Positions 27,092 through 36,565 of a DNA stretch of 64,000 bases are shown here, piece after piece. The notes below the pieces were generated by a model. It ran no database searches and had not been told where the DNA came from. It was given only the letters and a program-made list of their open reading frames with translations. This stretch comes from an uncultured Verrucomicrobiae bacterium. GTDB lineage: Bacteria > Verrucomicrobiota > Verrucomicrobiia > Chthoniobacterales > JAATET01. The number at the start of each line of letters is the position of its first letter. The first letter of the stretch is position 1. Both the position numbers and the translations under genes were made by a program. The DNA is taken from the NCBI GenBank assembly GCA_963719495.1, contig CAVRCI010000014.1, positions 64,001-128,000 of the forward strand. The letters run 5' to 3'.

Positions 27092-29236
27092 CTACGCGGT
27101 CACGGTAAGCGACGCCGACAGCGTGGCCGTCGAATCCTCGCCGCACCAGACCGTGAACTCGCCCGGCTCGACCAGCCATTTGCCGGTAGGCGAGAAATAG
27201 CCGAGCTCTTCCGCGCCCAATTCGAACGTCACCTCGCGTGCCTCGCCCGGCTGAAGCGAGATCCGCTCGAAGCCACGGAGTTCGCGGACTGGACGGGTGT
27301 GGGCCGAGAACTCGTCGCGGACGTAACATTGGACGACCGTCTCGCCGACGAGCGTTCCGGTGTTTCGCACCGCGACGCGGACCGTCGCCGTCCCACCGAC
27401 CGGAATGGTCTCGGGCGTGACGATCACGTTTCGCAATTCGAACGTCGTGTAGCTGCGCCCGAATCCGAAGGGATAGCGCGGGTCGTCGAGGTTGTCGCGG
27501 TAGCGCCGGTCCGAGTACCGGTCCGTGATGTCGGTCGGACGCCCGGTCGAGAGTTGGGCGTAATATTGCGGGACGTGGCCGACCGAGCGCGGCAGCGTGA
27601 TCGGGAGTTTGCCCGACGGGTTCTCGTCGCCGAAGAGAACGTCAGCCACGCAGCGACCGCCCGAGATGCCGGGATGCCAGCAGTAAACGACCGCATCCAC
27701 GCCGCTCAACGCGCTCAAATCCAGCGGCCGTCCGGCGAATACAACCGCGACGATCGGGATGCCCACACTGCGCAGGGAATCGACGAGCGCCGACTGCCCG
27801 GCGGGCAACTCGAGGGTCGCCAGGCTGTTCGCCTCGCCGCTGCGGGCGTCGGATTCTCCGAGGAAAAGGACGACCGCTTCGCAGAAGCGCGCGTGGGGGA
27901 GGAGTTCGTCCACGAGTTCGGACGTCATCGCATTCCGCGGATCGGCGAGCTTTTCTCGGAAGGCGGTCAGTGGCGTGACGACGTCCTCGGTCCGACCGTC
28001 CAGGCACCACGTCCCGAGCATCGCCCGGGCTGCGTTCGCGAGTGGACCGCCGACCAGATAGCGGACTCCCGTCTTCCGCAGCGGCAGGACGTTGTGGTTG
28101 TTTTCCAGAAGAACGACGGACTTCCGCGCGATTTCGAGCGCCGTTTCGACGTGATCGACCCGCAGGTGGTCGCGAGCCGCCGCCGCCTCGTCCGGGTAGG
28201 GATCGTCGAACAACCCGAAACGTTCCTTCACCGCGAGGATGCGCCCCACGGCCTCGTCGAGCCGCGCCTCCGGCACGAATCCGGACTCGACCAGCTTGGG
28301 CAGGAACTCGACGAACGCACCGGTCACCATGTCCATGTCGGCCCCGGCGTTGGCCGCGAGCGCGGTGGCGGCCTCGCGGGTTTCCGCGACCCGGTGCGCG
28401 ACCAGCTCGCCGACCGCGTTCCAGTCGGTGACGACGACTCCGTCGAAGCCCAATTTCTCGCGCAAGATTTCCGTGAGCAGACGACGGTTCCCGGCGGCGG
28501 GCATTCCGCCGAACGATTGAAACGCCGACATCATCGAGGCGACGCCCGCCCGGATCGCCGCGATGAAGGTCGGCAAATAAACGTTCCAAAGCGCGTATTC
28601 ACTGATCTCGGAGACGTGGTAATCGCGCCCGCCCTCGGCAGCGCCGTAGCCGACGAAATGCTTTGCGCAAGCCGCCATCGCCGTGCCGTCACCGTCGTCT
28701 TCCTGGATCCCCCGCACGGCGGCCTCGGTCAGCCGCGACGCCAGCCACGGATCCTCGCCGAAGCCTTCCGCCACGCGTCCCCAGCGCGGATCGCGCCCGA
28801 TGTCGACCATGGGCGTGAAAGTCCACCGGATCCCGTCCGCCACCGCCTCCCGAGCCATGGCCCGCGCCATCCGGCGGACCAACTCCGGCGACCACGCCGC
28901 GGCCTGACCCAGCGGAATCGGGCCGACCGCGCGATGACCATGAATCACGTCCCGCCCGGCGGTGAACGGAATGCCCAGCCGCGACCGTTCGACGGCAATG
29001 CGCTGGAGGTCGTTCAGCCACTGCGAGGACGGACGATCCTGCTCCTCGTTCCCCGCGAAAGCCGTGCTTGCGCAGATCAGTGAGCCGACGCCGCCCGCGG
29101 CGATCAGCTCCTCGATTCCGTCGTCCCCGATCCGCGCCTGATTCATCTGGCCGGCCTTCTCGGCGATCGTCATGGAGGCCAGAAGATCCCGGACTCGGGG
29201 CGTGAGCGGGTGGAGCGGGGATGGGGTGGTCGTCAC
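27092..29236 (-). CDS. GH3 beta-glucosidase (BglX-like); start approximate
   Basis: DVIHGH, RDPRWGRVAEGFGEDP, KHFVGYG, VVTDW nucleophile, NPSGKLP, YPFGFG, C-terminal Fn3-like domain. Confidence 0.93.
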   Translation of the reverse strand: MTTTPSPLHPLTPRVRDLLASMTIAEKAGQMNQARIGDDGIEELIAAGGVGSLICASTAFAGNEEQDRPSSQWLNDLQRIAVERSRLGIPFTAGRDVIHGHRAVGPIPLGQAAAWSPELVRRMARAMAREAVADGIRWTFTPMVDIGRDPRWGRVAEGFGEDPWLASRLTEAAVRGIQEDDGDGTAMAACAKHFVGYGAAEGGRDYHVSEISEYALWNVYLPTFIAAIRAGVASMMSAFQSFGGMPAAGNRRLLTEILREKLGFDGVVVTDWNAVGELVAHRVAETREAATALAANAGADMDMVTGAFVEFLPKLVESGFVPEARLDEAVGRILAVKERFGLFDDPYPDEAAAARDHLRVDHVETALEIARKSVVLLENNHNVLPLRKTGVRYLVGGPLANAARAMLGTWCLDGRTEDVVTPLTAFREKLADPRNAMTSELVDELLPHARFCEAVVLFLGESDARSGEANSLATLELPAGQSALVDSLRSVGIPIVAVVFAGRPLDLSALSGVDAVVYCWHPGISGGRCVADVLFGDENPSGKLPITLPRSVGHVPQYYAQLSTGRPTDITDRYSDRRYRDNLDDPRYPFGFGRSYTTFELRNVIVTPETIPVGGTATVRVAVRNTGTLVGETVVQCYVRDEFSAHTRPVRELRGFERISLQPGEAREVTFELGAEELGYFSPTGKWLVEPGEFTVWCGEDSTATLSASLTVTA

Positions 29237-29488
29237 GTTTTGAATAGGAAAGTTGGTTTCGCGGATTGGATGATCGGCTTCCGCAAACTTACCCATTTGT
29301 CAGCATGAAAACAACGGTCCCCTCGCGCTCTCGTCCCTTGTTTTGGCCTTGTTCCCGACTGCCCCCGCCCTCGCCGAACCCATCGCCTACGAGGGTCTCG
29401 AGTCCGGCTCGACCTCCGGGGCGAGGGTTTTGCTCTGTTTTTCCGTCTCCCTTGCGTGGGGGTGGGGGTTTTTGCGATAGGTATCGGT

Positions 29489-31420
29489 ATGCTGTCAATT
29501 TCTGGGGTTTCGAAGGCTTTTTCGGGACGGGTGCTATTTGAAAACGCTTCGGTGCAGATCAATCGGTCGGATCGCGTGGGGCTCGTTGGGGCCAATGGCG
29601 CGGGGAAGACGACGTTGTTTTCGCTGATTCTGAGCGAGGATCAGCCGGACGATGGGGTGGTGAGTTTTCAGCGTGGGGTGCAGGTGGGGTTTCTGCCGCA
29701 GGAGAGTGCGCCGGTGGGCGAGGAGACGGTGCTGGGGTTGGCGACGGGTCGGGTGACGGCGGCGGCGGGGCCGGAGGAAGCGGATGACTTCGAGGTGGAC
29801 TACGGGGCGGAGGTGGAGGCGCTGTCGCGGGAGCCGAAGGCGAAGCGGATCTTGTCGGGGTTGGGCTTTCGGGAATCGGATTTCGACAAGGCGGCGAAGA
29901 CGCTGAGTGGTGGGTGGGTGATGCGGGCGCATTTGGCGCGGTTGCTGGTCGTGGAGCCGGACATTCTCTTGCTGGATGAGCCGACGAACCATTTGGACCT
30001 TGAGGCGTTGATGTGGTTTCAGGCCTACCTGCGGACCTACAGCGGGGCATTCATCGTGATCTCGCATGATCGCGAGTTTTTGAACGTGTTGGTGAATACG
30101 GTGATCGAGATTCGCAATTCGCGGCTTTGGCGTTACGTCGGGAACTACGACAAATTTCTCTCGTCCCGCGCCGAAGCCATCGAGCAGCAGCGGGCGGCCT
30201 ACGAGAATCAGCAGAAGGAGATCGCGCACATTCAGTCGTTCATCGACCGGTTCCGGGCGAAGGCGAGCAAGGCGGCGCAGGCGCAGGCGCGGATGAAGCA
30301 GCTGGACCGGATGGAGCGGTTGCCGCCGCCGGAGGAATTGGCGGCCGGGATTCATTTTAAGTTCCCGCAGCCGGGGCGGGCGGGTCAGCGCATGATGACG
30401 CTCAAGGACGTGGATCAGGCTTACGGCGACAAGCGGGTTTACGAGGATCTCAATTTCGAGATCGAGCGGGGCGACCGGATTGTGCTCGTCGGGCCGAACG
30501 GGGCGGGGAAGTCGACTTTGCTGAAAATTCTGGCCGACGTGTTGCCGATCTGCGGCGGTGAGCGGGTGGTGGGGCACAACGTGAAGGTGGGTTACTACGC
30601 GCAGTATCGCGTGGACATGCTGGACGAGAGCCGGACGGTGCTCGATGAAGCGCGGGCGGGGGCGACGGGGGGATCGGAAGAGTTCACGCGGACGGTGCTG
30701 GGGGCGTTTCTCTTTAGTGGTGAGTCGGTTTTCAAGCCGGTCGGCGTGTTGAGCGGTGGGGAGAAGAGCCGGTTGGCGCTGGTGAAGTTGCTGCTGGATC
30801 CGCCGAATTTGTTGCTGATGGACGAGCCGACGACGCACCTGGACATTCCGAGCATCGACGCGCTGATCGGGGCGCTGAAGCAGTTCGAGGGGACGGTCGT
30901 GTTCATTAGTCACGACGTGTATTTCATTCGCTCGATTGCCGAGCAGGTGCTGCACGTGCAGGCGGGGCAGATCACGCGTTACGCGGGGGATTATCAGTAT
31001 TTTCTGGATAAGACGCAGGCGACGTCGGAGCGGGAGGCGATCACTTCGTCGGACCCGAAGTTGGCGAATTTTCAGCCGAGCGAGGTGGCGGTTGAAGCGC
31101 CGAAACGGGAGCGGGTTTTCAAGACGAAGCAGCAGAAGCGGGCGGAGGCCGAGGCGCGTCAGGCGAAGTCGCGGGCGAAGAAGGAATTGCAGGACGAGGT
31201 GCGGCGGCTCGAGCAGGAGGTCTTCCGGCTGGAGGCGGAGGAGAAGGCGCTCGCCGGCAAATTGGAGGATCCGGCGACTTACGACGATCCTTCGTTGGCG
31301 ATGAATTTGAACCGCGAGATGATGGGCGTGGCGGAGACCTTGGGTCGGATGACGGCGGATTGGGAGGCGGCGGCTGGAAGAATGGCGGAGCTGGAGAGTG
31401 GGGAGTTGGTGGAGGCGTGA
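29489..31420 (+). CDS. ABC-F family ATP-binding protein
   Basis: Two ABC domains (GANGAGKTT/LSGGW/DEPTNHLD; GPNGAGKST/LSGGE/DEPTTHLD), no TM segments, C-terminal coiled coil. Confidence 0.93.
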   Translation: MLSISGVSKAFSGRVLFENASVQINRSDRVGLVGANGAGKTTLFSLILSEDQPDDGVVSFQRGVQVGFLPQESAPVGEETVLGLATGRVTAAAGPEEADDFEVDYGAEVEALSREPKAKRILSGLGFRESDFDKAAKTLSGGWVMRAHLARLLVVEPDILLLDEPTNHLDLEALMWFQAYLRTYSGAFIVISHDREFLNVLVNTVIEIRNSRLWRYVGNYDKFLSSRAEAIEQQRAAYENQQKEIAHIQSFIDRFRAKASKAAQAQARMKQLDRMERLPPPEELAAGIHFKFPQPGRAGQRMMTLKDVDQAYGDKRVYEDLNFEIERGDRIVLVGPNGAGKSTLLKILADVLPICGGERVVGHNVKVGYYAQYRVDMLDESRTVLDEARAGATGGSEEFTRTVLGAFLFSGESVFKPVGVLSGGEKSRLALVKLLLDPPNLLLMDEPTTHLDIPSIDALIGALKQFEGTVVFISHDVYFIRSIAEQVLHVQAGQITRYAGDYQYFLDKTQATSEREAITSSDPKLANFQPSEVAVEAPKRERVFKTKQQKRAEAEARQAKSRAKKELQDEVRRLEQEVFRLEAEEKALAGKLEDPATYDDPSLAMNLNREMMGVAETLGRMTADWEAAAGRMAELESGELVEA

Positions 31421-31497
31421 GAGGGAATGCTTTGGGAGCCGCTAATGGACGCGAATGAACGCGAATGGATTTTCGTGGGAGGAGTGATGCGAAATCG

Positions 31498-31556
31498 GGG
31501 GGAGGACGTCTCGTCCTCGCGTTTAGAGCATCGTGAGGGCGGGACGCCCTCACCCC
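31498..31556. repeat. REP-like palindromes
   Basis: ggggaggacgtctcgtcctcgcg (reverse copies near 24876-24899 and 27033-27056) and gtgagggcgggacgccctcac. Confidence 0.6.
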
Positions 31557-31601
31557 GTTTGTTGGCACGGCGGATCGCCCGTTTTTCCTGAAGACGCGCC
31601 G

Positions 31602-32333
31602 ATGACTGAGAATAGGAGCGCTGGATTCTCGGAGCCGGTTTTTGTGGGGCGGGGGTTGACGAAGGTCTATGCCTCGGGGGAGGTGGAGGTGCGGGCGCTC
31701 GATGGGGTGGATCTGGATCTTTTTGCGGGGGAGCTGGTGATTCTTTTGGGGGCTTCGGGGAGTGGGAAGTCGACCCTGCTCAATAATCTGGGTGGGTTGG
31801 ACGTGCCGACGGATGGGACGCTGACCTATCGGGGGCGGGATCTCGGCGGGGCGGATGATGATGAGCTGACGCTGTTTCGGCGGGACGCGGTGGGGTTCGT
31901 TTTTCAGTTCTACAATTTGATCCCGAGTCTAACGGCGCGGGAGAACGTGGCGCTCATCACCGAGATCGCTCGCGATCCGATGACGCCGGAGGAGGCGCTC
32001 GAGATGGTGGACCTACAGGACCGGATGGATCATTTTCCGTCGCAGATGTCGGGGGGGCAGCAGCAGCGGGTCGCGATCGCAAGGGCGATTGCGAAGCGGC
32101 CGGAGGTGTTGTTGTGCGATGAGCCGACGGGTGCGCTGGACGTGAAGACGGGGATCACGGTGCTGGAGGCGATCGAGCGGGTGAACCGGGATCTGGGGAC
32201 GCTGACCGTTCTCATTACTCACAACGCGGTGCTGTCGGAGATGGCGGACCGGGTGATTCACCTTTCGGATGGGCGGATTTCGCACATCGACTCGGTGGCG
32301 GAGAAGCGGCCGGTGCGGACGTTGGAGTGGTGA
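31602..32333 (+). CDS. ABC transporter ATP-binding protein (LolD/MacB-like)
   Basis: [41 protein letters not shown]. Confidence 0.93.
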   Translation: MTENRSAGFSEPVFVGRGLTKVYASGEVEVRALDGVDLDLFAGELVILLGASGSGKSTLLNNLGGLDVPTDGTLTYRGRDLGGADDDELTLFRRDAVGFVFQFYNLIPSLTARENVALITEIARDPMTPEEALEMVDLQDRMDHFPSQMSGGQQQRVAIARAIAKRPEVLLCDEPTGALDVKTGITVLEAIERVNRDLGTLTVLITHNAVLSEMADRVIHLSDGRISHIDSVAEKRPVRTLEW

Positions 32334-32350
32334 TGGGATTCCTCCCGATC

Positions 32351-32563
32351 TGTCATCTTGAGCGGAGCGAAAGATCTCTGGCTTCTTCAGCCTCTCCGTG
32401 CGTTCGAATGCAGTGTAAGCCAGAGATTCTTCGCTTTGCTCAGAATGACAGGTTTAGGGAGGGGAGCGCGCTCTCAGGCTTGATTCTGTTCAAGCCAAAG
32501 ATTGCCTTTCTGGTTTGGAGAAGAAGTGTAAGCCAGAGATTCTTCGCTTTGCTCAGAATGACA
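32351..32563. repeat. Palindromic repeat tgtcat(c/t)tgag...gattcttcgctttgctcagaatgaca, 1.5 copies
   Basis: Inverted arms at 32351-32450 and a second right arm at 32525-32563; related sequence at 59569-59780. Confidence 0.7.
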
Positions 32564-32603
32564 GGGTTTGGGGGGATGTGGCCCTGGCGGGCTTGAGTTA
32601 GCT

Positions 32604-34967
32604 ATGCATCCGCTTGACCTGAAACTCGTTCGCGACCTGCTCAAGATGAAGGGGCAGGTGGTCGCCGTGGGGCTGGTGATGGCCTGCGGGCTGGCGATGA
32701 TGATTATGGCCCGGAGTCTGATTCTGTCGCTGAACACGACCCGGGCGGCCTACTACTCGGAGAACCGGTTCGCGGACGTGTTCGCGGATCTGAAGCGGGC
32801 TCCGAATTCGTTGCGGAGTCGGTTGGCGGAGATTCCGGGGGTGGCGGCGGTGGAGACTCGGGTGGTGGGGGGGATGCGGCTGGATCTGCCGGGGTTGGCG
32901 GAGCCGGCGGATGGGACGATCCTTTCGATCCCGGAGGATCGACCGATGCAGTTGAACCGATTGACGCTGCGGGCCGGGCGGATGCCGGAGGCGGGAAAGG
33001 CGGACGAGGTGGTGCTCGGGGAGTCGTTCGCGCAGGCGCACGGGTTCACGCCGGGGGACTCGGTGGACGTGCTGCTGCGGGGGGCGCGCGAGCGACTCGA
33101 GATCGTGGGGATCGCGTTGTCGCCGGAATTTGTGTTCGAGGCGAGGCCGGGCGAGACGTTGCCCGATCCCGAGCGGTTCGGGGTGTTTTGGATGAACGAG
33201 CGGGACTTGGCGACGGCCTACGATCTGGACGGCGCGTTCAATAACGTGGTGATCGACGTGGCTCCGGGGGAGGGGACGGCGGGGGTGCTGGCGGCGGTGG
33301 ATCGGATTCTGGAGCCTTACGGCGGGTTGGTCGCTTACGACCGGACGGACCACGCTTCGGCGCGGCAGCTCGACGACGAGATCGGGGTGCTCAATGGGTT
33401 GTCGGTGGCGTTTCCGATCGTGTTTCTGAGCATCGCGACGTTCCTGACGAGCGCGGTACTCGCGCGGTTGATCCGGATGCAGCGGGAGCAGATCGCGCAG
33501 TTGAAGGCGTTCGGGTATTCGTCGCGGGCGGTGGGTTGGCACTACCTCAAGTTCGCGCTGGTGATCGTGGTGATCGGGACGGTGGCGGGCGCGGGGATGG
33601 GGATGTGGCTGGGGTCGCACGTGGTCGAGCTCTACCAGAAGTTCTTCAAATTCCCGGAGCTGGCGTTTCACCCGGATTTCAACGCGATGGTGTTGGCGCT
33701 CGGGGTGAGCGCGGGGGCGACGTTTCTGGGGGTGATCGGGGCGGTGCGGCAGGCAGTGCGGCTGCCGCCGGCGGAGGCGATGCGGCCGGAGGCACCGGCG
33801 GAGTTTCGGCCTTCGGTGGTGGAGCGGTTGGGCTTGCAGAAGTTGCTGAGTCCGTCGCTGCGGATGGCGTTTCGCAATCTGGAGCGGCGGCCCTGGAGTT
33901 CGTTTTTCACGGCGTTCGGGTTGGCGCTGGCGACGGGGATTCCCATCGTGCCGGGGGCGATGCGGGACGGGATCGGGTATTTGTTGGATTTCCAGTGGGA
34001 CCTGGCGCAGCGGCAGGACGCGACGGTGGCGTTGATCGAGCCGACTTCGGCGTCGGTGGCGAGCGACATCGCGCGGTTGCCGGGCGTGATCGCGGCGGAG
34101 CCGTTTCGGAGCGTGCCGACGCGGTTGCGGTTTGGGAATCGGTCGTGGCGGACGGGGGTGGTGGGGTTGTCGCCGGGGAGCCGGCTCAACCGGGCGCTGG
34201 ACGCGGCGGGCGAGCCGTTGCCGATCCCGCCGGATGGGGTGATCATGTCGGCGAAGCTGGCGGAGATTCTGGGGGTGCGGCCGGGGGAGAGCGTGACGAT
34301 GGAGGTGCAGGAGGGTCGACGACCCAAGCGGGACGTGGTGGTGCAGGGGTTGATCACGGATTACTCGGGGCTGCAGGTTTACATGGACCGGGACGCGCTG
34401 CATCGGCTGATGCAGGAGGGGGACTCGGTGAGCGGGGCGCACGTGGCCGTGGACGGGGCGCGGTGGGACGAATTCTACGCCGCCGTGAAGGAGGCTCCGC
34501 GGGTGGCGAATCTGGGGATCAAGGCGGCGGTGCGGGACAGTTTTCGGAAGACGACGGCGGAATCGATCAATCTGATTCAGGGCGTGTATTTTCTATTTTC
34601 GATCATCGTGTCGTTCGGGGTGGTCTACAACAGCGCGCGGATTTCGTTGTCGGAGAGTGCGCGGGACCTGGCGACGTTGCGGGTGGTGGGGTTCACGAAT
34701 CGGGAGGTGGCGGGGGTGATGATCGGGGAGTTGTCGATGCTGACGCTCATCGCGCTGCCGGTCGGGTTGTGGATTGGCGGGGGGCTGGCGGGTCTCATCG
34801 TGGCGAGCGCGAGCACGGAGTCGATCCGGCTGCCGCTGGTTCTCACGAGTCGGAGTTACGCGACGGCGGTGCTAATCGTGTTGCTTTCGGCGGGGATCTC
34901 GTTTGCGGTGGTGAGTCGACAAATTCGCAACCTCGACCTGCTGGGGGTGCTGAAGGCGCGGGATTGA
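32604..34967 (+). CDS. FtsX/MacB-like ABC transporter permease
   Basis: Two permease repeats with multiple TM helices; QIAQLKAFGY and LATLRVVGF motifs. Confidence 0.9.
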   Translation: MHPLDLKLVRDLLKMKGQVVAVGLVMACGLAMMIMARSLILSLNTTRAAYYSENRFADVFADLKRAPNSLRSRLAEIPGVAAVETRVVGGMRLDLPGLAEPADGTILSIPEDRPMQLNRLTLRAGRMPEAGKADEVVLGESFAQAHGFTPGDSVDVLLRGARERLEIVGIALSPEFVFEARPGETLPDPERFGVFWMNERDLATAYDLDGAFNNVVIDVAPGEGTAGVLAAVDRILEPYGGLVAYDRTDHASARQLDDEIGVLNGLSVAFPIVFLSIATFLTSAVLARLIRMQREQIAQLKAFGYSSRAVGWHYLKFALVIVVIGTVAGAGMGMWLGSHVVELYQKFFKFPELAFHPDFNAMVLALGVSAGATFLGVIGAVRQAVRLPPAEAMRPEAPAEFRPSVVERLGLQKLLSPSLRMAFRNLERRPWSSFFTAFGLALATGIPIVPGAMRDGIGYLLDFQWDLAQRQDATVALIEPTSASVASDIARLPGVIAAEPFRSVPTRLRFGNRSWRTGVVGLSPGSRLNRALDAAGEPLPIPPDGVIMSAKLAEILGVRPGESVTMEVQEGRRPKRDVVVQGLITDYSGLQVYMDRDALHRLMQEGDSVSGAHVAVDGARWDEFYAAVKEAPRVANLGIKAAVRDSFRKTTAESINLIQGVYFLFSIIVSFGVVYNSARISLSESARDLATLRVVGFTNREVAGVMIGELSMLTLIALPVGLWIGGGLAGLIVASASTESIRLPLVLTSRSYATAVLIVLLSAGISFAVVSRQIRNLDLLGVLKARD

Positions 34968-34968
34968 T

Positions 34969-36183
34969 ATGGCGGACAAAGCGAAGAACGGAAAACGGAA
35001 GAAGGGGGCTTGGCGGAAGTTTGTGCCGTGGGTGCTGGGACTGGGACTGTTGGCGTTCATCGTCGTCGGGTTGTTGCCGAAGCCGGTGGTCGTGGACGCG
35101 GCGGAGGTGACGCGCGGGCCGCTGCGGGTGTCGGTGCTCGAGGAGGGGAAGACGCGGATTCGGAATCGCTACGTGGTGTCGCCGCCGGTGTCGGGGTATC
35201 TGCGGCGGGTGCCGGTGCGGGCGGGGGATCCGATCGTGGAGGGCGAGACGGTGCTGGCGGAGGTGGTGTCGATGGGGTCGGGGTTTTTGGATCCGCGGGC
35301 ACGGGCGCAGGCGGAGGCGGCCGTGCAGTCGGCGGAGGCTGGGCGGATGCAGCGGAACGAGCAGATCAACAGCGCGACGTCGGAGCTAACGCTGGCGCGG
35401 AAGGAATTGGCGCGGACGAAGACGCTGCGCGACAAGGGCGCGGTGTCGGGGCGGGAATACGACGCGGCTTCGAGCCGGGTGGACGTGCTGGTGAATCAGG
35501 TGGACTCGGCGAAGTTCGGGTTGAAGGTCGCGGAGTTCGAGTTGGCGCAGGCGCAGGCGGCGCTCATGCAGTCGGATTCGCCGGAGGACGCGACGCCGAT
35601 TGCGATCACGGCCCCGGTGAGCGGCGCGGTGCTCAACGTTTTCGAGGAGAACGCGCGGGCGGCGGCGGCGGGGTTGCCGATCATGGAAGTGGGCGACCCG
35701 GCGGACTTGGAAATGGAGATCGAGCTGCTGTCGAGCGACGCGGTGAACGTGCGGCCGGGCGCGGACGTGTCGGTGGAGCAGTGGGGCGGCGGCGAGCCGT
35801 TGGCGGGCAAGGTGACGGTGGTGGAGCCGGGAGGGTTTACGAAGATTTCGGCACTGGGCGTGGAGGAGCAGCGGGTGAAGGTGCGGGCGGACTTTGTCGA
35901 GTTACCGGACGGGGTTTTTGGGGACCGTTATCGGGTTGAAGCGCGGATCACGACGTGGTCCGGGGACGATGTCTTGCGGGTGCCGGTGGGGGCTTTGTTT
36001 CGGAAGGGGAACGAGTGGAAGACGTTCGTGATCGATGGCGGGGTGGCTGGGCTGGTGTCGGTCGAAATCGGGCACAATGATGGGATTTTGGCGGAGGTAG
36101 TCGGCGGGTTGAGCGCGGGGGAACGGGTGATCCAGCATCCGCCGGATTCGGTGGCGGACGGGAAGCGCGTGGAGGTGCGGTGA
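34969..36183 (+). CDS. Efflux periplasmic adaptor subunit (HlyD/RND MFP)
   Basis: N-terminal TM, lipoyl-like halves, coiled coil, FTKISALGVEEQRV. Confidence 0.9.
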   Translation: MADKAKNGKRKKGAWRKFVPWVLGLGLLAFIVVGLLPKPVVVDAAEVTRGPLRVSVLEEGKTRIRNRYVVSPPVSGYLRRVPVRAGDPIVEGETVLAEVVSMGSGFLDPRARAQAEAAVQSAEAGRMQRNEQINSATSELTLARKELARTKTLRDKGAVSGREYDAASSRVDVLVNQVDSAKFGLKVAEFELAQAQAALMQSDSPEDATPIAITAPVSGAVLNVFEENARAAAAGLPIMEVGDPADLEMEIELLSSDAVNVRPGADVSVEQWGGGEPLAGKVTVVEPGGFTKISALGVEEQRVKVRADFVELPDGVFGDRYRVEARITTWSGDDVLRVPVGALFRKGNEWKTFVIDGGVAGLVSVEIGHNDGILAEVVGGLSAGERVIQHPPDSVADGKRVEVR

Positions 36184-36464
36184 AGCGGCGGCCGCCTCCG
36201 GAGGTTTGCCCGGTTTGTGGGGAGGACGTGCCGCGGAACGCGGCGGCTTGCCGGGAATGTGGCGCGGATTACCGGTCGGGGTGGCGGGAGGACGCGGACC
36301 TGGATGGACTGGGGATCGAGGACGAGGATGACTTCGATTATGAGGATTTTGTGGCGCGGGAGTTTGGGGGTGGGGCACCGCCGAAGGGAATTGGGTGGGT
36401 CTGGTGGACTGCGGGGGTTGTCGTTTTGGTCGCATTCTTTCTGTTTATGGTTCTGAGGTTTTGA
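36180..36464 (+). CDS. Zinc-ribbon membrane protein
   Basis: CPVCG..CRECG, acidic linker, C-terminal TM. Confidence 0.75.
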   Translation: MKRRPPPEVCPVCGEDVPRNAAACRECGADYRSGWREDADLDGLGIEDEDDFDYEDFVAREFGGGAPPKGIGWVWWTAGVVVLVAFFLFMVLRF

Positions 36465-36564
36465 CCGCGGATTATGCGGATAGAGCGGATGATACAGATA
36501 CGGAGTGGTTGGAATTCAGAGTTTCCGCACCATCCGCGTTCATCCGCGTAATCCGCGGTTAAAA
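36459..36564. repeat. Inverted repeat between convergent genes (possible bidirectional terminator)
   Basis: ttttgaccgcggattatgcggat ... atccgcgtaatccgcggttaaaa. Confidence 0.65.
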
Positions 36565-36565
36565 T

